From Candidatus Kapaibacterium sp. (lineage in GTDB: Bacteria; Bacteroidota; Ignavibacteria; Kapaibacteriales; UBA2268): DNA of 64,000 nucleotides. Numbering within the stretch: the first letter of the stretch is position 1; every line of letters begins with the position of its first letter. This document shows positions 30,111 to 41,002 of the stretch, piece after piece. A program made the position numbers and the translations under genes. Location of the stretch: NCBI GenBank assembly GCA_963664875.1, contig OY761611.1, positions 1,824,001-1,888,000 on the forward strand, written 5' to 3'. The notes under the pieces are model-generated. The model saw nothing but the letters and a program-made list of their open reading frames with translations, was not told the DNA's origin and made no database searches.

Positions 30111-31565
30111 TTATATTTTGATAATTTCGTAAGTAAACTTATTATCTTTTATGATGTAGCCAAGGTCTTGTATTCTGTCTCTTAGCTCATCAGCCAAAGC
30201 CCATTCCTGGCTTGCTTTTGCTTTAAATCTTCTGTCTGCCAATTCTTTTACTTCGGTAGGGATTTCTTCCACGATTGAAGCTTTTGAAGTTATCAGCCAA
30301 ACACCAAAAATGCCATTCAATTCTCTAAACAAATCGATTAGTGCTTTTTTGGAAATTTGAGAAAGCTCGTTAGCCGGGTTATCGTTTATAAATGTAAATA
30401 TTGATGCAAGAGCTTTAGGAGTATGCAAATCTTCAGCTAAGTGACCGAATACTTCTTCTCTGAGCATATTTACTTCGATAAACTCATCGCCGTCAATATC
30501 TTCGTGCAATTCGTAGATGTAATCCTGAATACGAAGTCTTGCTTTTTTAGCAGCTTTGATACCGTCAAAAGTGAAATTGAATTTGGTGCCATAGTGTGCA
30601 GAAAGCATAGAGAATCTAATATCGAGCGGATCGATTCCTTTGTTGATTAAATCACGCAAAGTAAAGAAATTACCTGCTGATTTGCTCATTTTTTTGCCTT
30701 CTACTTCAAGGAATTCGTTGTGGCACCAGAAGTTATTAGGGTCAACGCCGTAGCCGGCTTTTGACTGTGCAATCTCATCTTCGTGGTGAGGGAATTTCAA
30801 ATCTACGCCACCTGTGTGGATGTCAAAAGGAATACCAAGTATTTCGTATTCCATAGCTGAACACTCGATGTGCCAACCCGGACGTCCCGGACATGGCATG
30901 CCATATACGCTGAAATTCCAGAATGGCTCGCCGTCTTTTCTGCCTTTCCAAATCACAAAGTCATGAGCTGTTTCTTTTTCGTACTCATCAGAATCAACTC
31001 TTTCGCCCGGCTTGAAGTTTTCGAAATCGATTTTTTTCAATTTGCCGTAGATGTCTGAGTTACGCCACTTAGTTACATCAAAATATACAGAGCCTTTAGA
31101 AACATAAGCATAACCATTATCAATGATTCTGCGAATCAAATCCTGCATATGAGGAATGTATTCCGTTGCTTTTGGCATAGAATGTAAGTCAGAGCTTCGG
31201 ATTCCAAGAGCTTCGATATCTTTGACAAATTCTTCGAAATAAAACTCTGTAAAGAGTTTTAGATTTTCCTTAGGATCATTGGTTTGAAATCCCATTTCAG
31301 GTTTCCAGGCACCGCTGCCTTTGGCACTGTCTCTGATGGTCTTGTCGTCAATATTAGTGATATTCATCACCCATTGGACTTTATAGCCACCTACAGTTTT
31401 GAGCACTCTTTGCAATAAATCTGCAAAAAGAAACGAACGCATATTGCCGATGTGAGCGTAGCTGTACACAGTCGGACCGCAAGAGTATAATTTAACCTCT
31501 TCGCCATATAAAGGCTTGAAGGGTTGCACTTTCTGTGAAAGCGAGTTGAATAGTTTTATTTGCAT
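30111..31565 (-). CDS. cysS: Cysteine--tRNA ligase
   Basis: [44 protein letters not shown]. Confidence 0.97.
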   Translation of the reverse strand: MQIKLFNSLSQKVQPFKPLYGEEVKLYSCGPTVYSYAHIGNMRSFLFADLLQRVLKTVGGYKVQWVMNITNIDDKTIRDSAKGSGAWKPEMGFQTNDPKENLKLFTEFYFEEFVKDIEALGIRSSDLHSMPKATEYIPHMQDLIRRIIDNGYAYVSKGSVYFDVTKWRNSDIYGKLKKIDFENFKPGERVDSDEYEKETAHDFVIWKGRKDGEPFWNFSVYGMPCPGRPGWHIECSAMEYEILGIPFDIHTGGVDLKFPHHEDEIAQSKAGYGVDPNNFWCHNEFLEVEGKKMSKSAGNFFTLRDLINKGIDPLDIRFSMLSAHYGTKFNFTFDGIKAAKKARLRIQDYIYELHEDIDGDEFIEVNMLREEVFGHLAEDLHTPKALASIFTFINDNPANELSQISKKALIDLFRELNGIFGVWLITSKASIVEEIPTEVKELADRRFKAKASQEWALADELRDRIQDLGYIIKDNKFTYEIIKI

Positions 31566-31754
31566 GGATATTAATATATAGTGAACCAACAAAACATTGC
31601 ATATAAAATCGGAAAATATTTTGATTGAAACAAAAATATTCCTTTCATAATTGATAAAAAATGCAGATAATGCTATCTTTTAGCAAAAATATTTTATACA
31701 TAGACTCTTATTTCAAGATTTATTGCAATTTGTTGACTAAAAGGGCTTTGAAAA

Positions 31755-32513
31755 GTGCATAAAACCACATATAATGAATATGAACTTCGCTATTTACTTC
31801 ATGATAATATTCATTTTACAGATGCAATTTATCTGCATGAAGGGTTAGGTAGCATAAAGTCTTGGGGCGATCTACCCATAACTTTGTACAAACAACTACC
31901 TATCAATTCTGTTTTGTACAACCGCATTCCACATGGACAAACTAAAGCCACTTTGCCTTCCAAATATCATTATTTTGACTTCCAAGTCGAAGAACTTTCA
32001 AACATAATTGACAGGTTAAATGTAAAATCCCCAATTCTCATAGGGCATAGTGACGGTGCAACTATTGCATTGCTTTTCGCTGCCAAATATCCTGAAAAAG
32101 CTAAAGCTATTGTAGCAATAGCAGCTCACATTTACTCTGAAGAAAAAACCGAACAAGGCATTGCAGAAACTTATATTCGATACTCAAAAGGAAATCTAAA
32201 AGAAAAGCTTGAGCGACAACATGGCTTGAATACAGACCCTGTTTTTTACAAATGGCATAATTTCTGGTCACGAGCTCGAAAAGAAAACTGGAATATAAAA
32301 AGCACACTTGCAAACATAAATATACCTGTACTCGCTATACAAGGCGAAAAAGACGAATATGCAACAGAACAGCACCTATTCGACATCAGAGACAATTTGC
32401 CATGTTGCCAAGCAAATATTATCTCCGCCGCAGGGCATTTCCCCCATATCAGCCATAAAAACCAGGTATCCTCACTAATCAGGGATTTCCTGAACTCACA
32501 TTTTGGTATTTAA
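31755..32513 (+). CDS. Alpha/beta hydrolase
   Basis: LHEGLGS, GHSDG nucleophile elbow, QGEKDEY, GHFPH. Confidence 0.88.
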   Translation: MHKTTYNEYELRYLLHDNIHFTDAIYLHEGLGSIKSWGDLPITLYKQLPINSVLYNRIPHGQTKATLPSKYHYFDFQVEELSNIIDRLNVKSPILIGHSDGATIALLFAAKYPEKAKAIVAIAAHIYSEEKTEQGIAETYIRYSKGNLKEKLERQHGLNTDPVFYKWHNFWSRARKENWNIKSTLANINIPVLAIQGEKDEYATEQHLFDIRDNLPCCQANIISAAGHFPHISHKNQVSSLIRDFLNSHFGI

Positions 32514-32550
32514 AAAAAACTGTCTCCCTTCGCAAAAAAGAGAGACAGCC
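32512..32550 (-). terminator. Terminator between hydrolase and dnaK
   Basis: CTGTCTC...GAGACAG stem with A run on plus strand (T run for dnaK). Confidence 0.7.
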
Positions 32551-32581
32551 TTTAGAGTGAGTGTAGTAAAGAGAATTTTTA

Positions 32582-34489
32582 TTATTTATCATCAACTACA
32601 GTGTAATCAGCTTCTTCTACTCCGCCATCATCTTTTTTAGAATCATTCGGTTGTTGTGCACCACCTTGTGCTTGACCTTGGTCAGCACCCGGTTGTTGGT
32701 AGATATGCTGAGATGCAGCACTCCAAGCTGAATTGAGCTCATCGATCGCTGCCTGCATATTAGGGCTGTTTTCTTTGATTGCAACCTCTAATTTTGCTTT
32801 TGCATCTTCAATTTTTTGTTTCGCATCCGCCGGCAGCTTATCTCCCAATTCTTTAAGCTGTTTGTCAGTCGAATAAACAAGAGCGTCAGCCTGATTTCTA
32901 CGGTCGATTTCTTCCTTGTGTTTTTTATCTTCTTCAGCGTGTTTAGCTGCTTCAGATTTCATTTTTTCTACTTCATCTTTAGCAAGACCGGAAGAAGATT
33001 CGATGCGAATATTCTGCTCTTTGTTTGTTGCTTTATCTTTAGCCGCAACAGACAAAATACCGTTTGCATCTATATCAAAAGTAACTTCTACCTGAGGAAC
33101 GCCTCTTGGTGCAGGTGGAATGCCATCGAGATGGAATCTGCCGAGAGATCTGTTGTCTCGTGCCATTGGTCTTTCACCTTGAAGTACATGGATTTCCACT
33201 GTGCTTTGGTTATCCTGCGCTGTAGAAAATATTTCTGATTTCCTTGTAGGGATAGTTGTGTTTGCCGGTATCATTGGAGTCATTACGCCACCCAATGTTT
33301 CGATACCTAAAGTCAGAGGAGTAACGTCCAAAAGCAATACATCATCAACATCGCCTGACAAAACACCACCCTGTACTGCAGCACCAATTGCTACTACTTC
33401 ATCAGGGTTTACTCCTTTTGATGGTTCTTTGCCAAAAAAGTTCTTTACTAATTCCTGAATCTTAGGGATACGTGTAGAACCACCTACCAGGATTACTTCA
33501 TCAATTTGGCTCGGAGTAAGCTTTGCTTCTTTCAATGCTATTTCGCAAGGTTCCAAAGTTTTTTCGAACAAATCACCGCAAAGATTTTCAAAAGTAGCTC
33601 TCGAAATTGTCATGTTAAAGTGCTTAGGACCGTCTGCAGTTGCAGTTATAAACGGCAAATTGACATCAGTCTGCATCATCTGCGAAAGTTCAACTTTTGC
33701 TTTTTCTGCAGCTTCTCTTAATCTCTGCAATGCCATAGCATCTTTGCGTAAATCAATACCTTCTTGCTTTTTAAATTCATCTGCCAAAAAGTCAATCAAT
33801 TTGTGATCGAAGTTATCACCTCCAAGGTGCGTATCGCCACTTGTAGATTTCACTTCAAATACACCATCGCCAATTTCAAGGATAGAAATATCAAAAGTAC
33901 CACCACCAAGGTCATAGACAGCTACTTTCATATTTTTGCCTTTTTTGTCAAGACCATAAGAAAGTGCAGCTGCAGTTGGCTCGTTGATAATACGACGAAC
34001 TGTCAGCCCAGCGATCTCACCTGCATCTTTAGTAGCTTGTCTTTGAGCATCGTTAAAGTAAGCAGGTACAGTGATAACAGCTTCGGTTACCTTTTGACCC
34101 AAAAAGTCTTCAGCAGTTTGTTTCATTTTTTGAAGAACCATAGCTGAGATTTCCGGTGGAGAGTATAGTTTTCCATCAATATCTACTCTTACAGTATCAT
34201 TGTCGCTCGAAGTAGTAACTTTGTAAGGTACCATTCTCGATTCTTCGTTTACTTCACTAATTCTGCGACCCATGAAACGCTTGATAGAATAAATAGTATT
34301 ATTAGGGTTTGTAATAGCCTGACGTTTTGCAGCCTGCCCTACTAATCTTTCACCATTTTTGGCGAAACCAACCATAGACGGGGTTGTTCTTTGTCCTTCT
34401 GCGTTTGCTATCACCGTAGGTGTGCTACCTTCCATCACTGCAACGCAGGAGTTGGTAGTTCCTAAGTCAATACCAATAATTTTTCCCAT
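32582..34489 (-). CDS. dnaK: Chaperone DnaK (Hsp70)
   Basis: [32 protein letters not shown] motifs. Confidence 0.98.
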   Translation of the reverse strand: MGKIIGIDLGTTNSCVAVMEGSTPTVIANAEGQRTTPSMVGFAKNGERLVGQAAKRQAITNPNNTIYSIKRFMGRRISEVNEESRMVPYKVTTSSDNDTVRVDIDGKLYSPPEISAMVLQKMKQTAEDFLGQKVTEAVITVPAYFNDAQRQATKDAGEIAGLTVRRIINEPTAAALSYGLDKKGKNMKVAVYDLGGGTFDISILEIGDGVFEVKSTSGDTHLGGDNFDHKLIDFLADEFKKQEGIDLRKDAMALQRLREAAEKAKVELSQMMQTDVNLPFITATADGPKHFNMTISRATFENLCGDLFEKTLEPCEIALKEAKLTPSQIDEVILVGGSTRIPKIQELVKNFFGKEPSKGVNPDEVVAIGAAVQGGVLSGDVDDVLLLDVTPLTLGIETLGGVMTPMIPANTTIPTRKSEIFSTAQDNQSTVEIHVLQGERPMARDNRSLGRFHLDGIPPAPRGVPQVEVTFDIDANGILSVAAKDKATNKEQNIRIESSSGLAKDEVEKMKSEAAKHAEEDKKHKEEIDRRNQADALVYSTDKQLKELGDKLPADAKQKIEDAKAKLEVAIKENSPNMQAAIDELNSAWSAASQHIYQQPGADQGQAQGGAQQPNDSKKDDGGVEEADYTVVDDK

Positions 34490-34856
34490 TTCGTAAACTC
34501 CTAAATATAATATGTCATTTTGTCAAACAATTTATTTGTTACTTTGCATTTCTGTCAGTCTTTCTCAGACTGTGACATTATGGCTTATTTAATGTCAAAA
34601 TTGCATTGTTTGTTATGTATATATAACATTTACCAATACCGTGCCAAATTGCAAACGCTAAGTATTATGACATTTTATTACCAAAAACAATTAGAAGCAC
34701 TTCAACTTTCAAATAAGCAAAAATTCTTGCAACTATAGCATTTCTATTACGTTTAAAATTGGTATTGAAATATAATATTTCTTATGTATATTGTTTTTTA
34801 TAAACTTACATTGCAAATACACCATGTACGGCATTATTACTTTAGAAACCTGCGAT

Positions 34857-35729
34857 ATGAAAACTCAAATCAAATCAACTCTGAGCTACCCTGACAGCGA
34901 AGAAGGATTTAACCGCTACCGCTTGGATTCGCTCGACAACTTGTGGGATAAATATCAGGAAAAACTCGCAAAATGCAGAAAAGAGTTTTCGGAAGACAGT
35001 GTGCATAAATTTAGAATCAGTGCGAGAAAGTTTCTTGCCATGATAGACATGGTTGATAATCTATACGAATCTAAATATATCGATGAGCTTAGAAAGTTGC
35101 TCAAAAAGCAGCTTAAAATATTTGCAAACCTGAGAGACACTCAGGTAATGATAAATGCCATTAATGAAATACGTAAAGAGTTTTCGGTATTCGATTTCTT
35201 TTATTATGAGCTACTTGCCCATGAGCAAACATATATCAAAAAGATTGAGAAAAAAATAAAAAGAGTCAGCAAAAAAGAAGTTGAAGCTCTTATTTTCTTT
35301 CTTCGTATGGATCTTGACGATACCTTTAAAAAGGACGATGCTACATTCAATGACGCATTGGCTGTCATAGACTCTGTTTTTGCGGATATGTCGGCAAAGC
35401 TTAAGCTTGTTGATCCTGAAAGACCTCAAACAATACATGATATTAGGTTGATGTTCAAAAAATTCAGATATATGATTGAAGCCTTTGCCATTTCTCTTGA
35501 CATTCCTGAACCATATCTGAAAAGTTTATCTGACTACCAGACTTTGATGGGCGAAGTGCAGGATGCTGAAGTTTTGATTTTGCGTTTCAAAGAATATATA
35601 CTTACTCAAGACAATCCAAATGATATAATTTGGTCGAATGCGATCAAAGTTTTGGAAGAAAGATTGGCTGAAAAAATTCGTAAGTTTGTGAATAACAAAG
35701 AGAGGTTGTTTACATTCTGGACTATATAA
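34857..35729 (+). CDS. CHAD domain protein (polyphosphate-binding family)
   Basis: VHKFRISARK, LRDTQV, IHDIRLMFKKFRY, YQTLMGEVQD. Confidence 0.85.
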   Translation: MKTQIKSTLSYPDSEEGFNRYRLDSLDNLWDKYQEKLAKCRKEFSEDSVHKFRISARKFLAMIDMVDNLYESKYIDELRKLLKKQLKIFANLRDTQVMINAINEIRKEFSVFDFFYYELLAHEQTYIKKIEKKIKRVSKKEVEALIFFLRMDLDDTFKKDDATFNDALAVIDSVFADMSAKLKLVDPERPQTIHDIRLMFKKFRYMIEAFAISLDIPEPYLKSLSDYQTLMGEVQDAEVLILRFKEYILTQDNPNDIIWSNAIKVLEERLAEKIRKFVNNKERLFTFWTI

Positions 35730-35730
35730 T

Positions 35731-37512
35731 TTGCTACCAATTTTTGATATAGAGCAGACAGACCGTATTAAGAAATGGCTTGACCGTTTCCTAATCATGC
35801 TAAGTATCTTAGCTATAGTTTCTTTGCTTATGATACTGGGTTACAATTTACCCGATTATCTATTCAACGTTCTTGTTTTCTCGACAGATGCTATCGTTAT
35901 TCTGTTCGCAGCTCAAGAGGTGTTTCGTTGGTTTCTGGTAAAAGATCACAAAAGGTACCTACGAGAAAGATATTTAGAGAATTTCTTTACTTTCCTGATT
36001 ATCACAGGAGTGATTTTTCCACAAGAAATTTACTTCTTTTTCGAGTTTCTTTTCCCGGAATTCAATCCGAAAAAGATTACAATCCTTTACCTTGCAACAT
36101 TTGAGCTTAGTGTACTCATCATCTCTTTTATAAAAGTGCTGCGGCACAATCATTTAATTTCAAAAATCAAGCTACACCCCGGGTCGCTTTTCGCTTTAAG
36201 CTTTTTCTTCCTTATAGCGATAGGAACTCTTTTACTTTCATTGCCTAAAGCAACTGTACCCGGTCAGGAATTAAGTTTTACCGATGCACTTTTTACTTCT
36301 ACCAGTGCAGTTTGTGTTACAGGACTTTCCACTATAATTGTACCCGAAACTCTTTCTACATTTGGCAAAGGAGTTCTGTTTTTGCTGATTCAAGTCGGCG
36401 GTCTGGGAGTTATGACGCTTACAACATTTTTTGCAGCTCTATTTGCCGGAGGATTATCATTTAGATTTAGGGTACTTATGCGCGATATGCTAAGCCAAGA
36501 CAATATAAGTCAGGTTTGGACAATTCTTTCAAAAATTATATTATTCACTGCTATTTTTGAAATTGGTGGTTCGATATTCCTATACTTATCACTTGGAGGC
36601 AGCTTCTTTGCATTTGACCGTACATTGTTTTATGATTGCTTTTTCCACAGTGTTTCTGCCTTTTGCAATGCAGGTTTTTCTCTCTATAGCGAAGGATTCA
36701 TGCAAGCAGACGTATCGAACAACTACACTTACCTTTCTACAATTATGGTACTTATTGTTGCAGGCGGGCTCGGATTTGGTCTTTTTGCAAATCTCATAGC
36801 AAAACGCCCGTGGCAATCAAAAATAAAACGAAATACATTGCGACTTACAATGCAATCCAAACTGGTGCTTTATACCACCATAGTGCTTATTATTGCAGGC
36901 ACTATACTGATTTATTTCTCTGACACAAATCATACCTTAGCAGGTCTAAATGAGTTCGAAAAGTTGTTCCACTCCCTGTTTTGGTCAGTAACTTCAAGGA
37001 CTGCAGGATTCAATGCAACCGACACTGCAGGATTAGCACCTGCTACCATGATGTTGATGATAATTCTGATGTGGATAGGTGCGTCTCCAGGTTCTACAGG
37101 CGGTGGTATCAAAACGACTACTATAGGCATTACATTTTTGGCATTGATCAATCAAATACGTGGCAATGAAAAAATAAGGCTGTTCAATAGGGAGCTTGCT
37201 CCGGAAAGTGTGAAGCGTGCATTTCTTGTTGTAATTTCTTCACTTTTAGCACTTGGCATTGGTTCAACTGCGCTAGTCTGGGTAGAACCCGGGAAAGATG
37301 CCATGGATCTGATTTTTGAAACTACTTCGGCTCTTGGCACTGTCGGACTCAGCAGAGGCATAACTGCCGATTTGTCAGTTGCCGGAAAATATATTATTAT
37401 CTTCCTTATGTTTATAGGAAGAATCGGCGTGCTTGCTTTCTTATTATCTTTCCATAACCCGGGCATGCCACCTAAATACAATTTACCTACAGAAAACATA
37501 ATAGTGGGATAA
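35731..37512 (+). CDS. ktrB: Ktr/Trk K+ uptake membrane subunit with N-terminal extra TM domain
   Basis: FTSTSAVCVTGL, IQVGGLG, SAFCNAGF, RTAGF, GASPGSTGGGIK, SALGTVGLS, GRIG. Confidence 0.88.
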   Translation: MLPIFDIEQTDRIKKWLDRFLIMLSILAIVSLLMILGYNLPDYLFNVLVFSTDAIVILFAAQEVFRWFLVKDHKRYLRERYLENFFTFLIITGVIFPQEIYFFFEFLFPEFNPKKITILYLATFELSVLIISFIKVLRHNHLISKIKLHPGSLFALSFFFLIAIGTLLLSLPKATVPGQELSFTDALFTSTSAVCVTGLSTIIVPETLSTFGKGVLFLLIQVGGLGVMTLTTFFAALFAGGLSFRFRVLMRDMLSQDNISQVWTILSKIILFTAIFEIGGSIFLYLSLGGSFFAFDRTLFYDCFFHSVSAFCNAGFSLYSEGFMQADVSNNYTYLSTIMVLIVAGGLGFGLFANLIAKRPWQSKIKRNTLRLTMQSKLVLYTTIVLIIAGTILIYFSDTNHTLAGLNEFEKLFHSLFWSVTSRTAGFNATDTAGLAPATMMLMIILMWIGASPGSTGGGIKTTTIGITFLALINQIRGNEKIRLFNRELAPESVKRAFLVVISSLLALGIGSTALVWVEPGKDAMDLIFETTSALGTVGLSRGITADLSVAGKYIIIFLMFIGRIGVLAFLLSFHNPGMPPKYNLPTENIIVG

Positions 37513-37515
37513 ACT

Positions 37516-38202
37516 ATGTCAGTTAAAAAGTTCTGTATAATTGGTCTCGGATATTTTGGAGCTAACCTTGCATTAGACTTGACAGAAGAGGGTGCAGAGG
37601 TTGTTGCTGTCGATATTGATGTAGATAAAGTTGCTCCTTTGAAAGACAAAGTAACCATGGCAGTCCAAGCAGATGCAACTGACCCAAGAGCTCTTCAGGG
37701 GCTTGGGATTAGTGAAGTTGATGCTGTAATCGTAGCCATCGGCGAAGGATTTGAAAGCTCAATCACCACTACAGCAGCTTTACAGGAAATAGGTGTTAAG
37801 AAAATTATTAACCGCATCATCTCACCGGTACACGAAAGGCTACTGAAACTTATGGGTATTAAAGACCTAATAGTTCCGGAAGCTTATGCTGCCAACAAAA
37901 TGGCTGAAAGACTTATGATTCCCGGACTAATCGAATCCTTCGAAATCACTAAAGAATATGGTATTTTCGAAGTCGCTGTGCCTGAATATCTTATTGGAAA
38001 ATCTCTAACTGAAGTAGAATTACGCCAAAAATTTGATCTCAATCTTGTAACGGTCAAACGCAAAGCTATCGCTAAAGGCATTTTTACTTCCAAAGAAGAG
38101 TATATTGTAACCGGCGTACCGGAGCCAACTCTGATTTTCCAAAAACACGATATCTTAGTTCTCTTTGGTAAAGAAAAGAATTTTATTAAGCTCTTGGATT
38201 AG
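37516..38202 (+). CDS. ktrA: Ktr/Trk K+ uptake RCK subunit
   Basis: IGLGYFG Rossmann motif, TrkA-N plus TrkA-C, adjacent to ktrB. Confidence 0.88.
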   Translation: MSVKKFCIIGLGYFGANLALDLTEEGAEVVAVDIDVDKVAPLKDKVTMAVQADATDPRALQGLGISEVDAVIVAIGEGFESSITTTAALQEIGVKKIINRIISPVHERLLKLMGIKDLIVPEAYAANKMAERLMIPGLIESFEITKEYGIFEVAVPEYLIGKSLTEVELRQKFDLNLVTVKRKAIAKGIFTSKEEYIVTGVPEPTLIFQKHDILVLFGKEKNFIKLLD

Positions 38203-38222
38203 TAAACTCAAACCCATGTAAT

Positions 38223-38250
38223 AAAAAAGCCGGAATTTGAGTTCCGGCTT
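38223..38250. terminator. Bidirectional terminator
   Basis: AAGCCGGAA-TTTGAG-TTCCGGCTT between convergent genes. Confidence 0.75.
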
Positions 38251-38254
38251 CAAT

Positions 38255-39649
38255 TTATGAGTTAGCTTTTTTTTCTGATTCGGCTATGGGTGCATTATTG
38301 TCCCTTTGGCGTTCTCTATTATTTCCGCCCTGCCTACCGTTCGATTTTTGGTATTTCCCGTTGCCGCCGTTTCTGTTATTATTGAAACGTCTTTGCTGAT
38401 TATTCCCGTTTCCGTTGAAATGCTTTTTGTCATGCCTTTGCTTATTGTCGCCAGACAACAGATGATCAGTAAGTTCGCTGTTGCTCTGGCTGTGATTAGA
38501 ATCCTGCATCCTATTCATGATTCTTTCAACCTGTTGCTGCATAGCCGGTCTGCGTTTTTGCTGTTCGCCACCCTCAGGAGCATCTTCAAGTGCTTTGAGT
38601 TCAGCCAAAGCTCGCATTTCTTCTTCGTCGTACTCATAATTTCTAAATACTTTGCCCTTTTCCATGATGGCAAGTACTTCTGCTTTTTCCAAGGTCATAT
38701 ACTTCTTATGAGTCTCATTATAGACATGAGCCAAATCTTTGAAAACATCTACTTTTAGCAACTTCGCTTCCGAACCATCTTCGAGTATTAGTTTTGAACG
38801 CAATTCCGGATATTCTTCGAAGGCTGCTTCATAAGTGTCGTATTCGTAAAGCAGGCAACATTTCAATCTTCCGCAATAGCCACTTAGCTTTGCTACGTTA
38901 TTAGAAAGTTGCTGTTTGCGTGCGTGGTCTAATGTAACATGATTGAACTGTGGCAAAAACGAATTGCAACACAATTCTAATCCACAAGCACCGAAACCAC
39001 AGCCGATTCGCTTAGTTTCTTCTCTCGACGATATTTGACGCAATTCGATGCGTGTTCTAAAAGTGCGCGCCAAATCCTTTACAAGCTCACGAAAGTCGAT
39101 ACGCTGAGCAGCAGTAAAAAAGATAGTCAGTCTCTGCCTGTCAAACTGCCATTCCGCTTCGGTTATTTTCATGTCAAGATTGTATGACTCTACCATTTCT
39201 TTAGTTTTTTCGAGAGTCAGCTGCTCTTCTAATGAGATATTTTGCCTAATCTCATAGTCCTCAGCAGTAGCGTGTCTGATAACGATATAGTTTTCTTTTG
39301 CTTCGTCTTTGTAAATATTTTTTAGTTTGTTGGAAGCTACCTGTCCATTACAACATACAGATCCCATTTCGGTGCCGTTATCAGTTGATACAATAACGTC
39401 GTCGTAAAGTTCTATGTGTAACTTACTGGGATTCCTGAAAATATGCTTCCTATTGCCCTTGAATAAAACTTCTACAAACTCTGATTCGCCGGCAATATTA
39501 TAAGCCGGATGCACAGCACTGTTTTCTTCTATTCCAAGTCTCAGCGGAGCTTTTAGGATACGAAATTTTAAAGAATCTTTGTTAAATGGCTTTAGCTTCT
39601 CTCCTGTATTAGTGTTATCGTTATATGTGTCAGATCTATAGTCATTCAT
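38255..39649 (-). CDS. ricT: PSP1-domain protein (RicT/YaaT family)
   Basis: RIDFRELVKDLA...TRIELRQI, G.CG.ELCC, KLSGYCGRLKCCLLYE; downstream of holB. Confidence 0.88.
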   Translation of the reverse strand: MNDYRSDTYNDNTNTGEKLKPFNKDSLKFRILKAPLRLGIEENSAVHPAYNIAGESEFVEVLFKGNRKHIFRNPSKLHIELYDDVIVSTDNGTEMGSVCCNGQVASNKLKNIYKDEAKENYIVIRHATAEDYEIRQNISLEEQLTLEKTKEMVESYNLDMKITEAEWQFDRQRLTIFFTAAQRIDFRELVKDLARTFRTRIELRQISSREETKRIGCGFGACGLELCCNSFLPQFNHVTLDHARKQQLSNNVAKLSGYCGRLKCCLLYEYDTYEAAFEEYPELRSKLILEDGSEAKLLKVDVFKDLAHVYNETHKKYMTLEKAEVLAIMEKGKVFRNYEYDEEEMRALAELKALEDAPEGGEQQKRRPAMQQQVERIMNRMQDSNHSQSNSELTDHLLSGDNKQRHDKKHFNGNGNNQQRRFNNNRNGGNGKYQKSNGRQGGNNRERQRDNNAPIAESEKKANS

Positions 39650-39747
39650 AGTAATTCCTTAGAGTAAAAAATCAAATCTATAATAGTCGATTTTATAGAA
39701 TATGTAGCAATAGGCTTACCTTTAGCCTATTTATGCAATTTAAAAAA

Positions 39748-40899
39748 TTATATCGTTTTATCAAGGAAAATATCTCTCAATTCTAAAAATAAAGTAACCA
39801 AAGCTAATTGTGGATTTATGTTTTGCCTAATTCTTTTTATAGCCTCTTCTATCTTTAGTATTGCAAGTGAAAAATCGCTGCCGTTATAATGAGCTGCAAA
39901 TTTCTGTATTACTTCCTTTTGGTCTATATTTATTACTTTAGGTTCGTTAGTAAGCGACGCCAGAGCCACGTCTCGCATCCAGACAAGTAATATATTCAAA
40001 GCTCTGTCTAATTTATTTTTATCCCGAGCTGCTGTCAGCTCATCTATTTTGTCTAATAGTTCTACTCTGAAGATATTTTTTTTCATAGCACTACGCAGCA
40101 AATCTATGATTCCAAAACGCATTTCTTTCATATCTTCATCTAACATATCTTTTGCAAGGCTCAGCGATCCCTGACCGAAAACAGCAGCTATGCGTGCATT
40201 TATCTCATCAAACTCATAGAATTTTTGTAGGCCTTCTACCACTTCATCGTCAGACAGGCGGCTGCATTTAATCTGCTGACACCTTGATTTGATAGTTTGA
40301 AGTATTTGGTCATGCCGAGAAGTGATTAGAAAAATGGTAACATTGCTGTGAGGTTCTTCTAGGTTTTTCAGAAACGCATTCGCAGATTCGACGCTCATCT
40401 CGTCTGATGCTAATATAATCAATATGCGTCTGCCTTTGCCGATACCTGAAAGAGCAAGATTTCTGTTAGCTTGTCTAATAGATGCAATCTTGATTTGGTT
40501 GGCATTTGTTATAGATAATTTATGGTATTTGTCTTTTGCTTTTAGTGCCAATTGCTCTTTGATTTCTTCGATTTGTTCGTCTGATAAAGTAGATAGCGGA
40601 TCTTCATCTTTCTTGGAAGAAGCTTTGCCAGCCGGCATAGAGTGAACAAACTGGAGATTATTATGACTTAGGGCATCCATTTGCCTGCAGCTTTTACATG
40701 AATCGCAGGCGTTGATAGTATCGGATTCTATTACAGGGCTTTCACAATTTACGGTTTTTGCAAATTCTATCGCAAGAGCATCTTTGCCAATTCCTTCGGG
40801 GCCCCAAAGTAGGTAAGCATGTGCCACACGCCCCTCAAGGATAGCTCTCTGCAATATTTTTTTTTCTCGTTCGTGCCCTAATATCTGATACCAAGCCAT
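39748..40899 (-). CDS. holB: DNA polymerase III delta' subunit
   Basis: HAYLLWGPEGIGK, C...ACDSCKSC, ANAFLKNLEEP, TIKSRCQ. Confidence 0.92.
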   Translation of the reverse strand: MAWYQILGHEREKKILQRAILEGRVAHAYLLWGPEGIGKDALAIEFAKTVNCESPVIESDTINACDSCKSCRQMDALSHNNLQFVHSMPAGKASSKKDEDPLSTLSDEQIEEIKEQLALKAKDKYHKLSITNANQIKIASIRQANRNLALSGIGKGRRILIILASDEMSVESANAFLKNLEEPHSNVTIFLITSRHDQILQTIKSRCQQIKCSRLSDDEVVEGLQKFYEFDEINARIAAVFGQGSLSLAKDMLDEDMKEMRFGIIDLLRSAMKKNIFRVELLDKIDELTAARDKNKLDRALNILLVWMRDVALASLTNEPKVINIDQKEVIQKFAAHYNGSDFSLAILKIEEAIKRIRQNINPQLALVTLFLELRDIFLDKTI

Positions 40900-41002
40900 A
40901 ATAAAATTTTAATAGTTTATAAAAGGCTAAATTTTCCAATTTCAGTCTAACAAATTAGCAAATAAATATGTTTAACTCAAATAAATTGTAAGAGATATTG
41001 AT

